Shown here in pieces: positions 1-9,447 of a stretch of DNA of 64,000 nt. The notes under the pieces are model-generated. The model saw nothing but the letters and a program-made list of their open reading frames with translations, had not been told where the DNA came from and did no database searches. Position 1 is the stretch's first letter, and every line of letters begins with the position of its first letter. The stretch is from contig JBAZWU010000004.1 of the NCBI GenBank assembly GCA_041660185.1, forward strand, positions 96,878 through 160,877, in the 5' to 3' direction. This DNA comes from Elusimicrobiota bacterium. GTDB taxonomy: Bacteria; Elusimicrobiota; Elusimicrobia; 2-01-FULL-59-12. The translations under genes and the position numbers were made by a program.

Positions 1-17
1 AGCCGGTAACGGTCGAG

Positions 18-215
18 ATGGTTATCGGTAACCTGACGGCCAACACCGCTAATGTAAAGCGCTTGCTCAAAGAAGCGATTACCAAACTGAGTCGTCCGCG
101 CGGCTGCGGGTGTGCCCAGGCGCTGCGATATGCGATCCTGACCGACCGGAAGCTGATCCCGGCGAAGATCAAGAGGGATTTGAGGCCGTTGATTGGGAAA
201 TACATTGAATCGTAG
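18..215 (+). CDS. hypothetical protein, C-terminal fragment; the 5' end may lie outside the window
   Basis: Open frame running from the window edge, with no recognisable motif. Confidence 0.25.
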   Translation: MVIGNLTANTANVKRLLKEAITKLSRPRGCGCAQALRYAILTDRKLIPAKIKRDLRPLIGKYIES

Positions 216-319
216 GGATGGCGGGCGCACAGCGGTGCGCCCTTACATTCCAGATGGTTCGCAAATACGATTAGCGATTCAAATACAATGGGATCGTAGG
301 GGCGCACCGCTGTGCGCCC
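212..319. repeat. REP family 1 doublet: two inverted copies of the hairpin GGGCGCAC-(CGCT/AGCG)-GTGCGCCC, each with a GTAGGG / CTTAC flank
   Basis: The 8-bp GC stem and 4-nt loop are visible directly. The same unit recurs at 15218, 37995, 45177 and 61096. Confidence 0.8.
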
Positions 320-341
320 GAACATCACATACAGTCCGGCC

Positions 342-1028
342 ATGATTAAAGCCATCATCTTCGATTTCGACAACACCCTCATGGACTTCATGAAAATGAA
401 GCGTGCGGCCGTCGAAGCAGCGGTGGATGCCATGATCGACGCCGGGCTCCCCTATGCGAAGACGGAGATGATCGACAAAATCTACAAGGTGTACTGGAAA
501 GAGGGGATCGAAGACCAGTTTATTTTCGACAAAGTTCTCACGGATGAGTTCGGCCGTATTGATTACAAAATTCTCGCTTCTGGGATCATCGGCTACCGCC
601 GGGCCAAGGACGCAGCCCTCACGCTTTATCCTCATGTCCACCTCACGCTCACGGGACTGGCCCGCATGGGTTTGAAAATGGCGGTCGTGTCGGACGCCCC
701 GCGTTTGCCGGTGTGGCTGCGTATCTGCGGTCTGGGGTTGCAGCATTACTTCGACGCGGTCGTGACGTTCGACGATGCCGGAGTCAAGAAGCCGGATGTT
801 CGTCCTTTTCGAATGGCGCTGGAGCGCCTCGGTTTGCAACCGAATGAAGCGCTGATGATCGGAGATTGGGCGGAGCGTGACGTGGTCGGCGCCAAAGCTG
901 CTGGCATGAAAGTCATCTTTGCCCGCTACGGGGACACGACCGGGACCCAGAACTCCGGCGCGGATTACGACATCGACGACATCGCCCGCCTCCTCGACAT
1001 CGCCCGCCAGGAAAACCGCAACTCTTAA
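342..1028 (+). CDS. HAD-superfamily hydrolase (phosphatase)
   Basis: N-terminal IIFDFDNTLMDF matches the HAD motif I (DxDxT). A C-terminal GDxxxD-like motif is present. The track start at 312 translates the REP, so Met at 342 is more likely. Confidence 0.8.
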   Translation: MIKAIIFDFDNTLMDFMKMKRAAVEAAVDAMIDAGLPYAKTEMIDKIYKVYWKEGIEDQFIFDKVLTDEFGRIDYKILASGIIGYRRAKDAALTLYPHVHLTLTGLARMGLKMAVVSDAPRLPVWLRICGLGLQHYFDAVVTFDDAGVKKPDVRPFRMALERLGLQPNEALMIGDWAERDVVGAKAAGMKVIFARYGDTTGTQNSGADYDIDDIARLLDIARQENRNS

Positions 1029-1095
1029 AGAAAATCGAGAATATTTGGGCGCCTTGTCCCTCTAAGATAATGAGAAACCTTGAAAAATTATCGAT

Positions 1096-1410
1096 ATGGG
1101 GTATAAAGTGCCATATAATAAGGCTGTCCTGCTCTTCAGGGAGAAATTTATTTATCCTGATGGAGCGCTTGTCGAAATGAAAGCCTGGGCGGTTCCAAAG
1201 AGTTCCGTCACGCCGGAGGGGTTCAAATATTCCCTCGTCTACATTGATCCGGCAGGAAAACGGATTCTAGGTTACGACAACAGCGAAATGAAGGGTCATC
1301 ATCGCCATGAAGGCAAAAGGGAAGCCGCCTTCATTTTTATCTCTGTGGATGATGTAGTCCGTCGGTTTCAGCAAGAGGTACTGGCATTGAGGAAACTTTA
1401 TGAAAGTTAA
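1096..1410 (+). CDS. TumE-like (DUF6516-like) toxin-antitoxin family protein
   Basis: About 100 aa with a GFKYSLVYIDxxGKRILGYDNxxxKGHHRHxGxxE core, as I recall it for TumE-type proteins. It overlaps the next gene by 11 nt. Confidence 0.5.
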   Translation: MGYKVPYNKAVLLFREKFIYPDGALVEMKAWAVPKSSVTPEGFKYSLVYIDPAGKRILGYDNSEMKGHHRHEGKREAAFIFISVDDVVRRFQQEVLALRKLYES

Positions 1411-1777
1411 ACGCGTCCTGATCAGCATCAAAAGTACGGAACAGGGTCTCAAGGAGTTCGCTCAAACATTGACCGCACTTCAAAAGGGTCGGATTCCGAA
1501 AAAGAGGCGCGGTGTTTATTTCGTCACGCTGGAGGCGATGCGGCGTGTTTTAACGCCAAAGCGGTTGGCATTGCTGCGGGTCATTCGAGAAAGCCATCCC
1601 AATTCAATTTATGAATTGGCCGGTCTGGTTAAGCGGGATATAAAAAACATTCAACACGACATTTCCTTGCTGGCCCGTGTCGGATTAGTCAGTTTGAATA
1701 AAAAGGCCGCTCCCCGGGAAACCGTTGTTCCCTCTGTCGGTTACGACAACCTCCAACTCCATATCCCTGTTATTTAG
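1400..1777 (+). CDS. small winged-HTH DNA-binding protein, the TumA/HVO_A0114-like partner
   Basis: 125 aa with a MarR-like HTH (LALLRVIRESHPNSIYELAGLVKRD). It is translationally coupled to the upstream gene. Confidence 0.45.
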   Translation: MKVKRVLISIKSTEQGLKEFAQTLTALQKGRIPKKRRGVYFVTLEAMRRVLTPKRLALLRVIRESHPNSIYELAGLVKRDIKNIQHDISLLARVGLVSLNKKAAPRETVVPSVGYDNLQLHIPVI

Positions 1778-3672
1778 TTTGCTGACCGGCCGGTGACGAA
1801 GCCGTCCGCCAATACTTCGGGCATTACGCCGCCATAATGGGACGCATCGGCCAGAACATACTCGTCTTTCACGGCATCCGCTGGGGCCCAGAACCAGCCT
1901 TGCGGATCCCAGATCTGCGCGAGGGAGTAGTGGTTGACGACTTGCTGAAAGGCCTGGGCGGCCTGGGGGTAGTCTTTTTTGATGTCCAGCACTTTGCCTT
2001 TGATAAAGCAGCAGGCAGCCACGTCGTTTAACGCCCAGAATTTGAAGATATTCCGGCGCTCCAGTTCCTTGCCGCTGTAGTCGATCACGCTGCCGAACTC
2101 GCGCATCTTGCGCTCCTGCAGTTGGACGGCAAATCCAGACCATTCATCAATCGTGGCCTGCGCCTGGGCCAGAGCCGCATCCAGATCGCCCCGGTTGAGG
2201 GCTCTCCAGGCCTGAAGGGTCATGTCTTCAGAAGTTCCGTAGAGAACAGTTGGCCGAGAGGGCCGTTGGGCAAGTTGCTCGTCGGCGGGTATGGGAATTT
2301 TTACTGCCACCACGTACGAAAGATCCGTGCCTGCGACTGGGTCGATCCCAAGCCCGGCAAAACAACGCCAAGCGGCCGCGATCAGCGATGAAGCAGGAGT
2401 TTGATCGCTGCTCAGCTGTGTCCGCCATCCGTCACGGAAGAATCGCCCGTTTGTAGCATAGGGATAGGCGGCTTGTCCGGGGATACGTGCCAGCGCGGCC
2501 TGGTCAAAGGATTCTGTCAGGCGGCGGATCTTGGCGCGCGCTTCGGAGGCCACGTCCCGGCGGCCCTCCCGGGCGGCCCAATCCGCGATCTGTCCCCAGG
2601 CCAGAATATACTGCCCGAGCCCTTCGTACCAGATCATCCGGTGCTTGTCTCGGGCCGAACGGCTGACCGATGCGGTTTCCTTGCGGCTTTTGTCCATCAT
2701 AAACGCGATATCCGCTTCCGCCTGATCCGTCGGATCCACTCCCAGGTGGTCGTCGATGGACACCTCGAATGATTTCTCGGCGGTTTTCATGAATTGGTAA
2801 GGGTCTATTCCCCGCGCGGCCAGGCGTTTAGGACCAATCGCCGAGAGAAACCACGTTGCCGTATCCAGGGCTTGTATCCGATCGGGTCCTCCCAGGGTGA
2901 TGCCTCGGATCAGCTTGTAGGTGTTTCGATTGAGTGCGGAGTTGAACAGCCAGCCCTCCACATGGTCACGCTCCTCGGTCAGCGCGACAAGCTCCTCTTT
3001 TTCGAGGCGCGGACAGCGCAGCAGCTCGGTCAGGAAGGCGTAGTAGCTGATGTTATTTTCCGTGGAAAGAACATTCGAGCCGGGAGCTCCGCTACCGGAA
3101 TCGCCAGAGGACATGGCGACCGCGCCGGCGCGATGCGGCACGCTCGTGCGGATCCAGTAGGCGATATCCAGCGCCAGGCGGGTAGCTTCCTCATCGTGGA
3201 GAGCATTCCCATAGCGGGCGGCAAAGAGTCCCACCCAGGCGTTCGGGCCTACGTGGACCGTCTTTTCAATGCCTTCGGTCCCGAAGTGGACGTTAAAGAA
3301 ATTGGCCAGCCCGTGGCGCCCGATATGCTCCTTCCGTTGAGGCGCCTCGTCCCAGGCGCGCCGGAAGAACTGCAAAATCTGTTTAGCGCGTTCGGTATCC
3401 CCCAGGTGTAAAGCCAGAAGGCCTACCGCCCCCTGGTCATAAGTAGAAGCCTGTTGAGCCATCTTCGCGTCAACGGAATCAGGGAAACTGGTAAACAGCC
3501 CTGTTTTTGGTTCCCAGTGGGTTTCCAGGATATGTCGGTAAATGTTGCTCAGATGGCCGACTGTAATAAGGGCGTCGCTCCTGCTCTTAGCGTATGCGCG
3601 AGTTAATACCACTAAAAATACGAAAGTAGCCAGTAAAATGGTGACGGCATGGGTCAAAGGACTCGTGCGCAT
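1774..3672 (-). CDS. hypothetical protein with an N-terminal signal/anchor, 632 aa
   Basis: Long ORF with a hydrophobic N-terminus. No motif I can assign with certainty. Confidence 0.7.
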   Translation of the reverse strand: MRTSPLTHAVTILLATFVFLVVLTRAYAKSRSDALITVGHLSNIYRHILETHWEPKTGLFTSFPDSVDAKMAQQASTYDQGAVGLLALHLGDTERAKQILQFFRRAWDEAPQRKEHIGRHGLANFFNVHFGTEGIEKTVHVGPNAWVGLFAARYGNALHDEEATRLALDIAYWIRTSVPHRAGAVAMSSGDSGSGAPGSNVLSTENNISYYAFLTELLRCPRLEKEELVALTEERDHVEGWLFNSALNRNTYKLIRGITLGGPDRIQALDTATWFLSAIGPKRLAARGIDPYQFMKTAEKSFEVSIDDHLGVDPTDQAEADIAFMMDKSRKETASVSRSARDKHRMIWYEGLGQYILAWGQIADWAAREGRRDVASEARAKIRRLTESFDQAALARIPGQAAYPYATNGRFFRDGWRTQLSSDQTPASSLIAAAWRCFAGLGIDPVAGTDLSYVVAVKIPIPADEQLAQRPSRPTVLYGTSEDMTLQAWRALNRGDLDAALAQAQATIDEWSGFAVQLQERKMREFGSVIDYSGKELERRNIFKFWALNDVAACCFIKGKVLDIKKDYPQAAQAFQQVVNHYSLAQIWDPQGWFWAPADAVKDEYVLADASHYGGVMPEVLADGFVTGRSAN

Positions 3673-3823
3673 ATTGATGACTCCTGGATATTAGTAATTG
3701 GTGTTCAGGAACTTCATGCGTATACACCGAAAGCAGCGTTGAGTCAATAGAAATGTTAATTCAAGTTAATATTTTTACAACTGTTAAATGACTATGGGAG
3801 GGTGTGCGACATCGCACATGTGC

Positions 3824-5014
3824 CTATTGGTGTGCTAAAAAGCAGCTTTTGGCTATCAAAACGCCTGCATAGGTTCCTATGACATTGCCGGCGATGGCCA
3901 GAAGGAGGCCAAGAGGGGCTAGTCGCGGTTGGTAAACGCCAGCAACAATTGGGGTTGAGGCGGTTCCTCCAATGTTGGCCTGGCTGGCGGTGACAAGGAA
4001 AAACATAGGGACATGGAAGAAATAACCATAGAGGGCTAAGAGCAGGGCGTGCATGAGAACCAACACATAGGCCATGACGATCAATAGAGGCGCCTGGAAA
4101 ATGTATTGGAGTCTTGCGTTGGAGCCCATGGCCGCCAGAAGCAGATAAAGACAAAAGTATCCCCATCGCGAAGCGCCATACTTTTCAAGCCGCGTGGCCG
4201 GGGTAAAAGACAAAAGAATTCCGATGGCGGTGACCAGCAGAAACGCCCACCCGGAGGCTGATAAGACGGAACTGCGATGAGGAAGGAGTTGGCCAAGTTT
4301 CAAGCAACCCGCGCCAACAACGATGCCAAGACCGATAAGCCAAAGGGCATGAAGGGGAGATGAATGGTGTTTTTCAGATGATGAGCCGACAATCGTTTCA
4401 ATCCGTTTGACGACATCATCCAGGGTGCTTCGATCCGCCTTGACCCATCGGTCCCATGGTTCCTGCCAGGCCGCAAGCGCCACGAGGATTCCCATCCAGG
4501 AGTAAGTGATAACGGTATCGACGATAACCATGGGAGCGAAAACCGCTTCTGGTGTCTGGAGCGCTTCTTTGACCGCAAGCATGTTGGCGCTTCCCCCGAT
4601 CCAGCTGGCGGAAAGAGCCCCTACCCCCTTCCATGTTTCAGGCGGGAGCCAGTGGACAAAAAGGCTGTAGGAAGCTACGGCACCGACAGTGATGCCGCCA
4701 GCGCCGACAGCCATGGACGATAAAGCGATCGGTCCCAATTTCAAGATGGCCGGGAGGTTGATATTCAACAGCAGCAAAACCAGACAAGCAGAAAGAACAT
4801 AAGTTGTTAGAAAATCATAAACCGGAGATTTCGTCGGAAGCAAGCCCGCGGTGGCCAGAAGCATCGGCAGAAAGTAACACCAGAAAGCGCTGGGCAGATA
4901 GTGGTAGAGCTTCTTAAAAGCCGGGACACGCTCGAGGAAGAGCACCCCGCTGACGAGCCCCAAAAGCGCAAAGAACAAAATAATTGTCGGCATGATCACT
5001 CCAGTGTGGCACAT
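3824..5014 (-). CDS. polytopic integral membrane protein (possibly DUF819/YjcL-like)
   Basis: About 12 hydrophobic segments over 396 aa. The family assignment is tentative. Confidence 0.7.
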   Translation of the reverse strand: MCHTGVIMPTIILFFALLGLVSGVLFLERVPAFKKLYHYLPSAFWCYFLPMLLATAGLLPTKSPVYDFLTTYVLSACLVLLLLNINLPAILKLGPIALSSMAVGAGGITVGAVASYSLFVHWLPPETWKGVGALSASWIGGSANMLAVKEALQTPEAVFAPMVIVDTVITYSWMGILVALAAWQEPWDRWVKADRSTLDDVVKRIETIVGSSSEKHHSSPLHALWLIGLGIVVGAGCLKLGQLLPHRSSVLSASGWAFLLVTAIGILLSFTPATRLEKYGASRWGYFCLYLLLAAMGSNARLQYIFQAPLLIVMAYVLVLMHALLLALYGYFFHVPMFFLVTASQANIGGTASTPIVAGVYQPRLAPLGLLLAIAGNVIGTYAGVLIAKSCFLAHQ

Positions 5015-5199
5015 GGGCGGTTCCGGCTTACCGACCCGTGGCGCGCGGTTTCTTTTTCGACGTCTCGGCTCAGACCAGCCCGCGAACTAGTGGAACGCTC
5101 CTGGAGGTCGCCTCTGGCGACCAAGCCAGCGCGGTCTGAGCCGTCTTCGCCGAGACATCGGAGAAACCGCAAGCCACTCTCGGAAAGCCGGAACCGCCC
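5015..5199. repeat. long-hairpin element, family LH, copy 1 (about 185 bp)
   Basis: The terminal inverted arms GGGCGGTTCCGGCTT / AAGCCGGAACCGCCC enclose a core that is about 85% identical to the copy at 14094-14288. Confidence 0.75.
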
Positions 5200-5219
5200 C
5201 TTCCCAGGGCCCTCTCACA

Positions 5220-6287
5220 TTACATTCCAATTCCTGGGCCGATGCCCCGGACCGAAAGATGGGGGCCGCGGATCGTAAAGCCTCCACGGAGCGGCCGTGA
5301 ATCCAGCAGGAAAACCGAGTCCAGATCCACCCAATCAAAGACGCCGGTGCCGCAGGCCAGATGAACGCTGGCCGCCAGGCCGAGTTTGGACTCCTCCATA
5401 CACCCGATGCTCAGTCGCTTTTTGAATCGTTTTGCTACGCGAATAATCTCCAGTGCTCCCAATATGCCGCTTTTTGCGATTTTGATGTTGACGCCGTCAG
5501 CAGCGCCGGTTTTAAAAACCCGTTCAGCGTCAGCCGCGGTTCGAACGGACTCATCAGCCAGGAGGGGGAGCCAGCATTGTTTTCTGAAGAGTCGCGCTGA
5601 ACGCAAGTCATGGCGGGGAAATGGTTGTTCAAAAAAGACCACGGGAATCTTCTCCTGGATGACTTGCTTGCCAAAGGCCAGCGCTTCCGAGAGCCGGAAC
5701 CCTTGATTCCCATCAGCGACAAGTTTGGTTCGGGGCGCCGCTTTTCGGACGGCTCGAACCCTTTCATGGTCTTTTTGAGCGTGACCGGAGAGCTTAACTT
5801 TGAGCCGCCGGAAACCGCGTCGCGTCGCGGCCTTGGCAGATCTGTAAAGGTCATCCGGCGATCCGACCGACAACGTGAAATCTGTTTCAATGATTGTTTT
5901 TTCTCCACCCAAAAAATGTGAGAGCGATTGACCGGTCCACCGCGTGTAAACATCCAGGAGCGCGCATTCCATTGCTGCCGTAGCAGTCGGATGCTTGGCG
6001 TGGTGTCGCCAACAGCGGGCAATAAGGGAACGATAGGTTTCAATCGGCTGCCCGCCTAAATCGTGCGCCATCGTTTGAAGGACGCGCTTCATGGTCTTTT
6101 GCGACTGGTCCGGCATGGCGATGGAAGAGGAAGCTTCCGCTTTCCCGCGCGTGCCATCGGATAAGCGGATAATTATCTGGACGTTATCGGTCCTGGTCTT
6201 ATGACCGGCCGCGGTGACAAAAGGGTTTTTCAGGGGGAAAGAGACAGGAATGATGTTGGTGGATTGAATAACTGGCAAAGACGTCAT
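5220..6287 (-). CDS. dipeptide epimerase (L-Ala-D/L-Glu epimerase-like), enolase superfamily
   Basis: Mandelate racemase/muconate lactonizing enzyme-type motifs are present (KVKLSG, ADGNQG, FEQP, the lysine region KIAKSG). Confidence 0.8.
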   Translation of the reverse strand: MTSLPVIQSTNIIPVSFPLKNPFVTAAGHKTRTDNVQIIIRLSDGTRGKAEASSSIAMPDQSQKTMKRVLQTMAHDLGGQPIETYRSLIARCWRHHAKHPTATAAMECALLDVYTRWTGQSLSHFLGGEKTIIETDFTLSVGSPDDLYRSAKAATRRGFRRLKVKLSGHAQKDHERVRAVRKAAPRTKLVADGNQGFRLSEALAFGKQVIQEKIPVVFFEQPFPRHDLRSARLFRKQCWLPLLADESVRTAADAERVFKTGAADGVNIKIAKSGILGALEIIRVAKRFKKRLSIGCMEESKLGLAASVHLACGTGVFDWVDLDSVFLLDSRPLRGGFTIRGPHLSVRGIGPGIGM

Positions 6288-7252
6288 TGCGGCAGATATC
6301 GGCCAAACGTGATAACGCGTTTTCCGACCACGTCGCCGGATTCGATTTCCTCTATCGGTTTACCGAATTTTTCCCGTCCGCGGATCCGGTGAACGACCTG
6401 ACTGGTTTGGGGGGCTTCGATCAGCCAGTCTTTTCCTTCGTAGAGAGAGACATGCGTAATTTTGTCCGGCTGATCCGCCCGGGCCGAAAAGATCAGATCC
6501 GCCGGCTGGAGCTGAGCGCGCCGGATTTTTTCAGCGCGCAGGTGTTGTTCCATGGAATCGCGCGGCACAATGACTCCGTTCAGCCGGTAGCTCAGATGCA
6601 CGAGGCCTGAACAATCCACTCCCGCTAGCCGCATCTGGCCGGTGGGGTCTGCGGGAGAGAGGCCTCCCCAGACATACGGATCTCCCACAAAAAGCAGCGC
6701 AGTCACCAGAATCTGTCGTCGCCACCGATGCGGCGGCCATTTTCCGGAAAGGGAATGCAACTGCTTAGAACGGACCCATCCGGTGCGGCCGTTGTAAAGG
6801 TCGATTTTCATCCAGCCGAGACGTTCCTGGAGCCGACAGACTTTTGCGCTCAGCGGCAGCCGTAGGAGGAGTGTGTCGCCGGGCCGGTCATAAACGGAAG
6901 CCCATTTTGCGCTCACAACATGGGTGGGTGGTTTCGAAACGGTTGCCGTGCTCAGCGACGTGGCCTGAACCCATCCCGGGTAGCCTTCCCAGCGGTTGTT
7001 GTGCGTAAACTCCGGCTGCTCCAACGCTTCGATGAACAGCCAGGTTCCGCTGGATTCCTTGACGACAACAGATTCGCCGAACAATACCTGGGTTTCCTGC
7101 CAATCGTCGGATTCTCCGGCTGTGGGCAAAAAAGGAGATCGTCGCACATCGGCGACCGGAGTTTGGACGACAGCGGTGTTGAAGGGTTGCGCCCGGATCG
7201 GGGAAATCCACAGAAGGCTACTCAACAGCATCGCAACCAGAAAGCGGTTCAT
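6284..7252 (-). CDS. NlpC/P60 (C40) cell-wall peptidase with an N-terminal signal peptide and SH3-like region
   Basis: C-terminal GDPYVWGG...GVDCSGLV...H motif with the catalytic Cys and His. It overlaps the epimerase gene by 4 nt. Confidence 0.8.
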   Translation of the reverse strand: MNRFLVAMLLSSLLWISPIRAQPFNTAVVQTPVADVRRSPFLPTAGESDDWQETQVLFGESVVVKESSGTWLFIEALEQPEFTHNNRWEGYPGWVQATSLSTATVSKPPTHVVSAKWASVYDRPGDTLLLRLPLSAKVCRLQERLGWMKIDLYNGRTGWVRSKQLHSLSGKWPPHRWRRQILVTALLFVGDPYVWGGLSPADPTGQMRLAGVDCSGLVHLSYRLNGVIVPRDSMEQHLRAEKIRRAQLQPADLIFSARADQPDKITHVSLYEGKDWLIEAPQTSQVVHRIRGREKFGKPIEEIESGDVVGKRVITFGRYLPQ

Positions 7253-7260
7253 TTTTCTCC

Positions 7261-7331
7261 GTCATCCCCCGCGGGTTCTGGCGGGGGATCTATGCATCAA
7301 TGATGGATCCGCCAGACGTCTGGCGGATGAC
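7261..7331. repeat. MITE-like element, family 4 (GTCATCCCC...GGGGATGAC terminal inverted repeats with two internal hairpins)
   Basis: The terminal inverted repeats and internal hairpins are visible. Its end lies within 10 nt of the NlpC/P60 start codon and contains the GGAG Shine-Dalgarno. Confidence 0.75.
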
Positions 7332-7460
7332 GACTGTACGACTCTCTTATAGCATGAGTCTTGAGCGCCTGTCACTTTCCTCCAGCCCGTTGACAAGCCC
7401 CAGAAAGTCTGCTATATATATAATCAGCAATACAAACAATATATACCACTGACTATTAGA

Positions 7461-7955
7461 ATGAAACCTCGACGATTGACGATCAACCCTTCCCAGCCGG
7501 TATCGGACCCGCTCCTTCCGCGGGGGCTGATGGCGCGCATCGGGTATTTGCTGAACCGGCCGGCGCTGCAGATCCGCCAGAGGGCGCAGGGGATCCTGTC
7601 GCCGATGGGGCTGATCCCTCCTCATGTGGCTGTTTTGTCGACTCTGCATACCGAAGGGCCTCTGACCCAGCGGGCCCTGGGGCAATGGTTGAAGATCGAT
7701 CCCACCACCATGGTGTGGTTGATCGACGCTCTCGAAAAGAAAGGAGTGGTTCGCCGGGACGCGCATCCCCAAGACCGCCGGGCCTATCTGATCAAGCTGA
7801 CGCCTTCGGGAGAGGCTCTTTTCCGCCAGGCCAACAAGCAGCTGGACCAGATGGACAAGGAATTTTTAGCGCCGTTATCGAAAAACGAGCAAGGCGATCT
7901 TCGGCGGTTGCTCATCAAGCTGTTTCGAAATTTGACCACACAGGGGTTTAAATGA
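7461..7955 (+). CDS. MarR-family transcriptional regulator
   Basis: wHTH region (LSTLHTEGPLTQRALGQWLKIDPTTMVWLIDALEKKGVVRRDAHPQDRR). Confidence 0.8.
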   Translation: MKPRRLTINPSQPVSDPLLPRGLMARIGYLLNRPALQIRQRAQGILSPMGLIPPHVAVLSTLHTEGPLTQRALGQWLKIDPTTMVWLIDALEKKGVVRRDAHPQDRRAYLIKLTPSGEALFRQANKQLDQMDKEFLAPLSKNEQGDLRRLLIKLFRNLTTQGFK

Positions 7956-7987
7956 AACGCCGAAAAGATGAAGGCCGCAACATCTCT

Positions 7988-8093
7988 ACCCTCACCCCGA
8001 CCCTCCCCCTCAACAGGGGGAGGGAGCCGATAGAGCGGAAGTCGTTCCTTCTCCCTGTTGAGGGAGAAGGTGGCCGGAGGCCGGATGAGGGGC
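7988..8093. repeat. MITE-like element, family 3 (ACCCTCACCCC... TIR), copy A with a degenerate right end
   Basis: The left arm matches the copies at 29471 and 32977, including the hairpins CCCTCCCC-loop-GGGGAGGG and CCCTCTCCC-TGTTGA-GGGAGAAGG. Confidence 0.65.
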
Positions 8094-8116
8094 GATACCC
8101 AGTCATTGTTTTTATT

Positions 8117-9430
8117 GTGGTATTGCTTTTGTCAGGCAACGCTGTCGCCGCTACGCCCCATTTTGCTTTGAGCCTGTCCAGCGCCGAAACCGCGGCGCTG
8201 GCGTACTCGCCCCGCCTGAAAGCCGCGGCGGAGCAGATCGCGGCCTCCCGTGATCGTGCGGACAGCCAGAGGGCGCTCCTGATCCCGCGATTAACACTGG
8301 ATGGTTCCTATAAATATGTGACGGAAGTGCCGGAGATGCGCGGCACGGCGTATGGGGCCCATCGAAACACCTCCATTGGGCCCACGCTCACCTGGACGCT
8401 CTGGGACCAGGGCGCCCTTTATAAGGGATGGCGAAGCCAGCTCTCCCTGGTGCAATCCCAGAAGGATGCGGAAGCTCTGGCGCGTAACCAGATACTACTG
8501 GGGTCGCGGCTTGCCTATTTTCAGGTGCAGCTGGCCCTGGAACAGGTGCGGCTCATCGGGGACTTTATGAACCTGGCGGAGTCCCAGTATCAGGACATCC
8601 GCAAGCGTTTGTCCGCGGGTTCGGCCAGCCGTGTGGACGCGTTGTCCGCCCATCAGGAGGTCCTCAGCCGCCGGAAGGATTTTCGCCAGGCGCAGGCGGA
8701 TCTGGCCTCTGCTTTGCATGAACTGCTGACACTCACCGGCAACACTACGTCCTATGACCTCTCCCGGGTCGTGGATGGGCGCGTGGCTTCTTCCTTGCCG
8801 GCTTATACCGGATCCCCGACCCTGCTTCTGGAGCTTGATCCCCTGTCACCTTGCCCGGTAGAGCTGGCCGCGGCGGCAAAGCGTGACTTTGATGCGGTGC
8901 ATCCGCAGCTCCGGATGTATTCGGATCAGGCCGAGGCGAACCGTTTAAGTGCCAAGAGCCTGTCCGCCGGGCGATGGCCGAAAATTCTGCTCTCCGGACG
9001 CTCCAGTTATGACTACCCCAACGGCCCGGTGCTGGAAACCGTCCAGCAGAACGCGGTGTCCTTGTCCGCCAGTGTTCCACTTTTCGAAGCCTCAAAAACC
9101 CAGCGGGAGACTGATGAGCAAAACCGGCGCGCGGCTGCGGCTGAGGCGACTCGCCAACAATCGTTTGATGAATTACGCCGGGATTGGTTTAAAGCCCGCG
9201 ATCAGTATGGGGCTCTGCGCGATCAGGAGGCTCTGGACCGGGAGTCTGTTTCTGAAACCGGGGAAATCAGCCGGCTCAAGTATCTCATGTATAAGGAGGG
9301 CGGCCTGACCTTCCTTGAAGTTGAAAACGCCAATCTGAAGGCGCTGCAGTCCAAGGTGACGGCGGCGCTGACGCAGGCCCAGATGCTCATCCGTTTGGCG
9401 ACGCTGGACAGCCTGTCCGCGCATCGGTGA
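8117..9430 (+). CDS. TolC-like outer-membrane efflux protein
   Basis: Outer-membrane factor-type repeat structure. The track ORF (from 7952) runs through the MITE, so a GTG/ATT start near 8105-8117 before the signal-like VLLLSGNAVAA is more plausible. Confidence 0.7.
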   Translation: MVLLLSGNAVAATPHFALSLSSAETAALAYSPRLKAAAEQIAASRDRADSQRALLIPRLTLDGSYKYVTEVPEMRGTAYGAHRNTSIGPTLTWTLWDQGALYKGWRSQLSLVQSQKDAEALARNQILLGSRLAYFQVQLALEQVRLIGDFMNLAESQYQDIRKRLSAGSASRVDALSAHQEVLSRRKDFRQAQADLASALHELLTLTGNTTSYDLSRVVDGRVASSLPAYTGSPTLLLELDPLSPCPVELAAAAKRDFDAVHPQLRMYSDQAEANRLSAKSLSAGRWPKILLSGRSSYDYPNGPVLETVQQNAVSLSASVPLFEASKTQRETDEQNRRAAAAEATRQQSFDELRRDWFKARDQYGALRDQEALDRESVSETGEISRLKYLMYKEGGLTFLEVENANLKALQSKVTAALTQAQMLIRLATLDSLSAHR

Positions 9431-9447
9431 TTTAAAGGAGTTTAATT

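Noticed and set aside
3800-3830. Palindrome TGTGCGACATCGCACA after the stop of the membrane protein gene
   Set aside because: A 6-bp stem with a 2-nt loop and no T-tract is too small for a terminator. It could be an operator, but there is no supporting evidence.
7952-8116. N-terminal 55 residues of the track's TolC ORF (MKRRKDEGRNISTLTPTLPLNRGREP...)
   Set aside because: This peptide is the translation of the family 3 MITE. The true start is more likely just before the signal-peptide-like segment.
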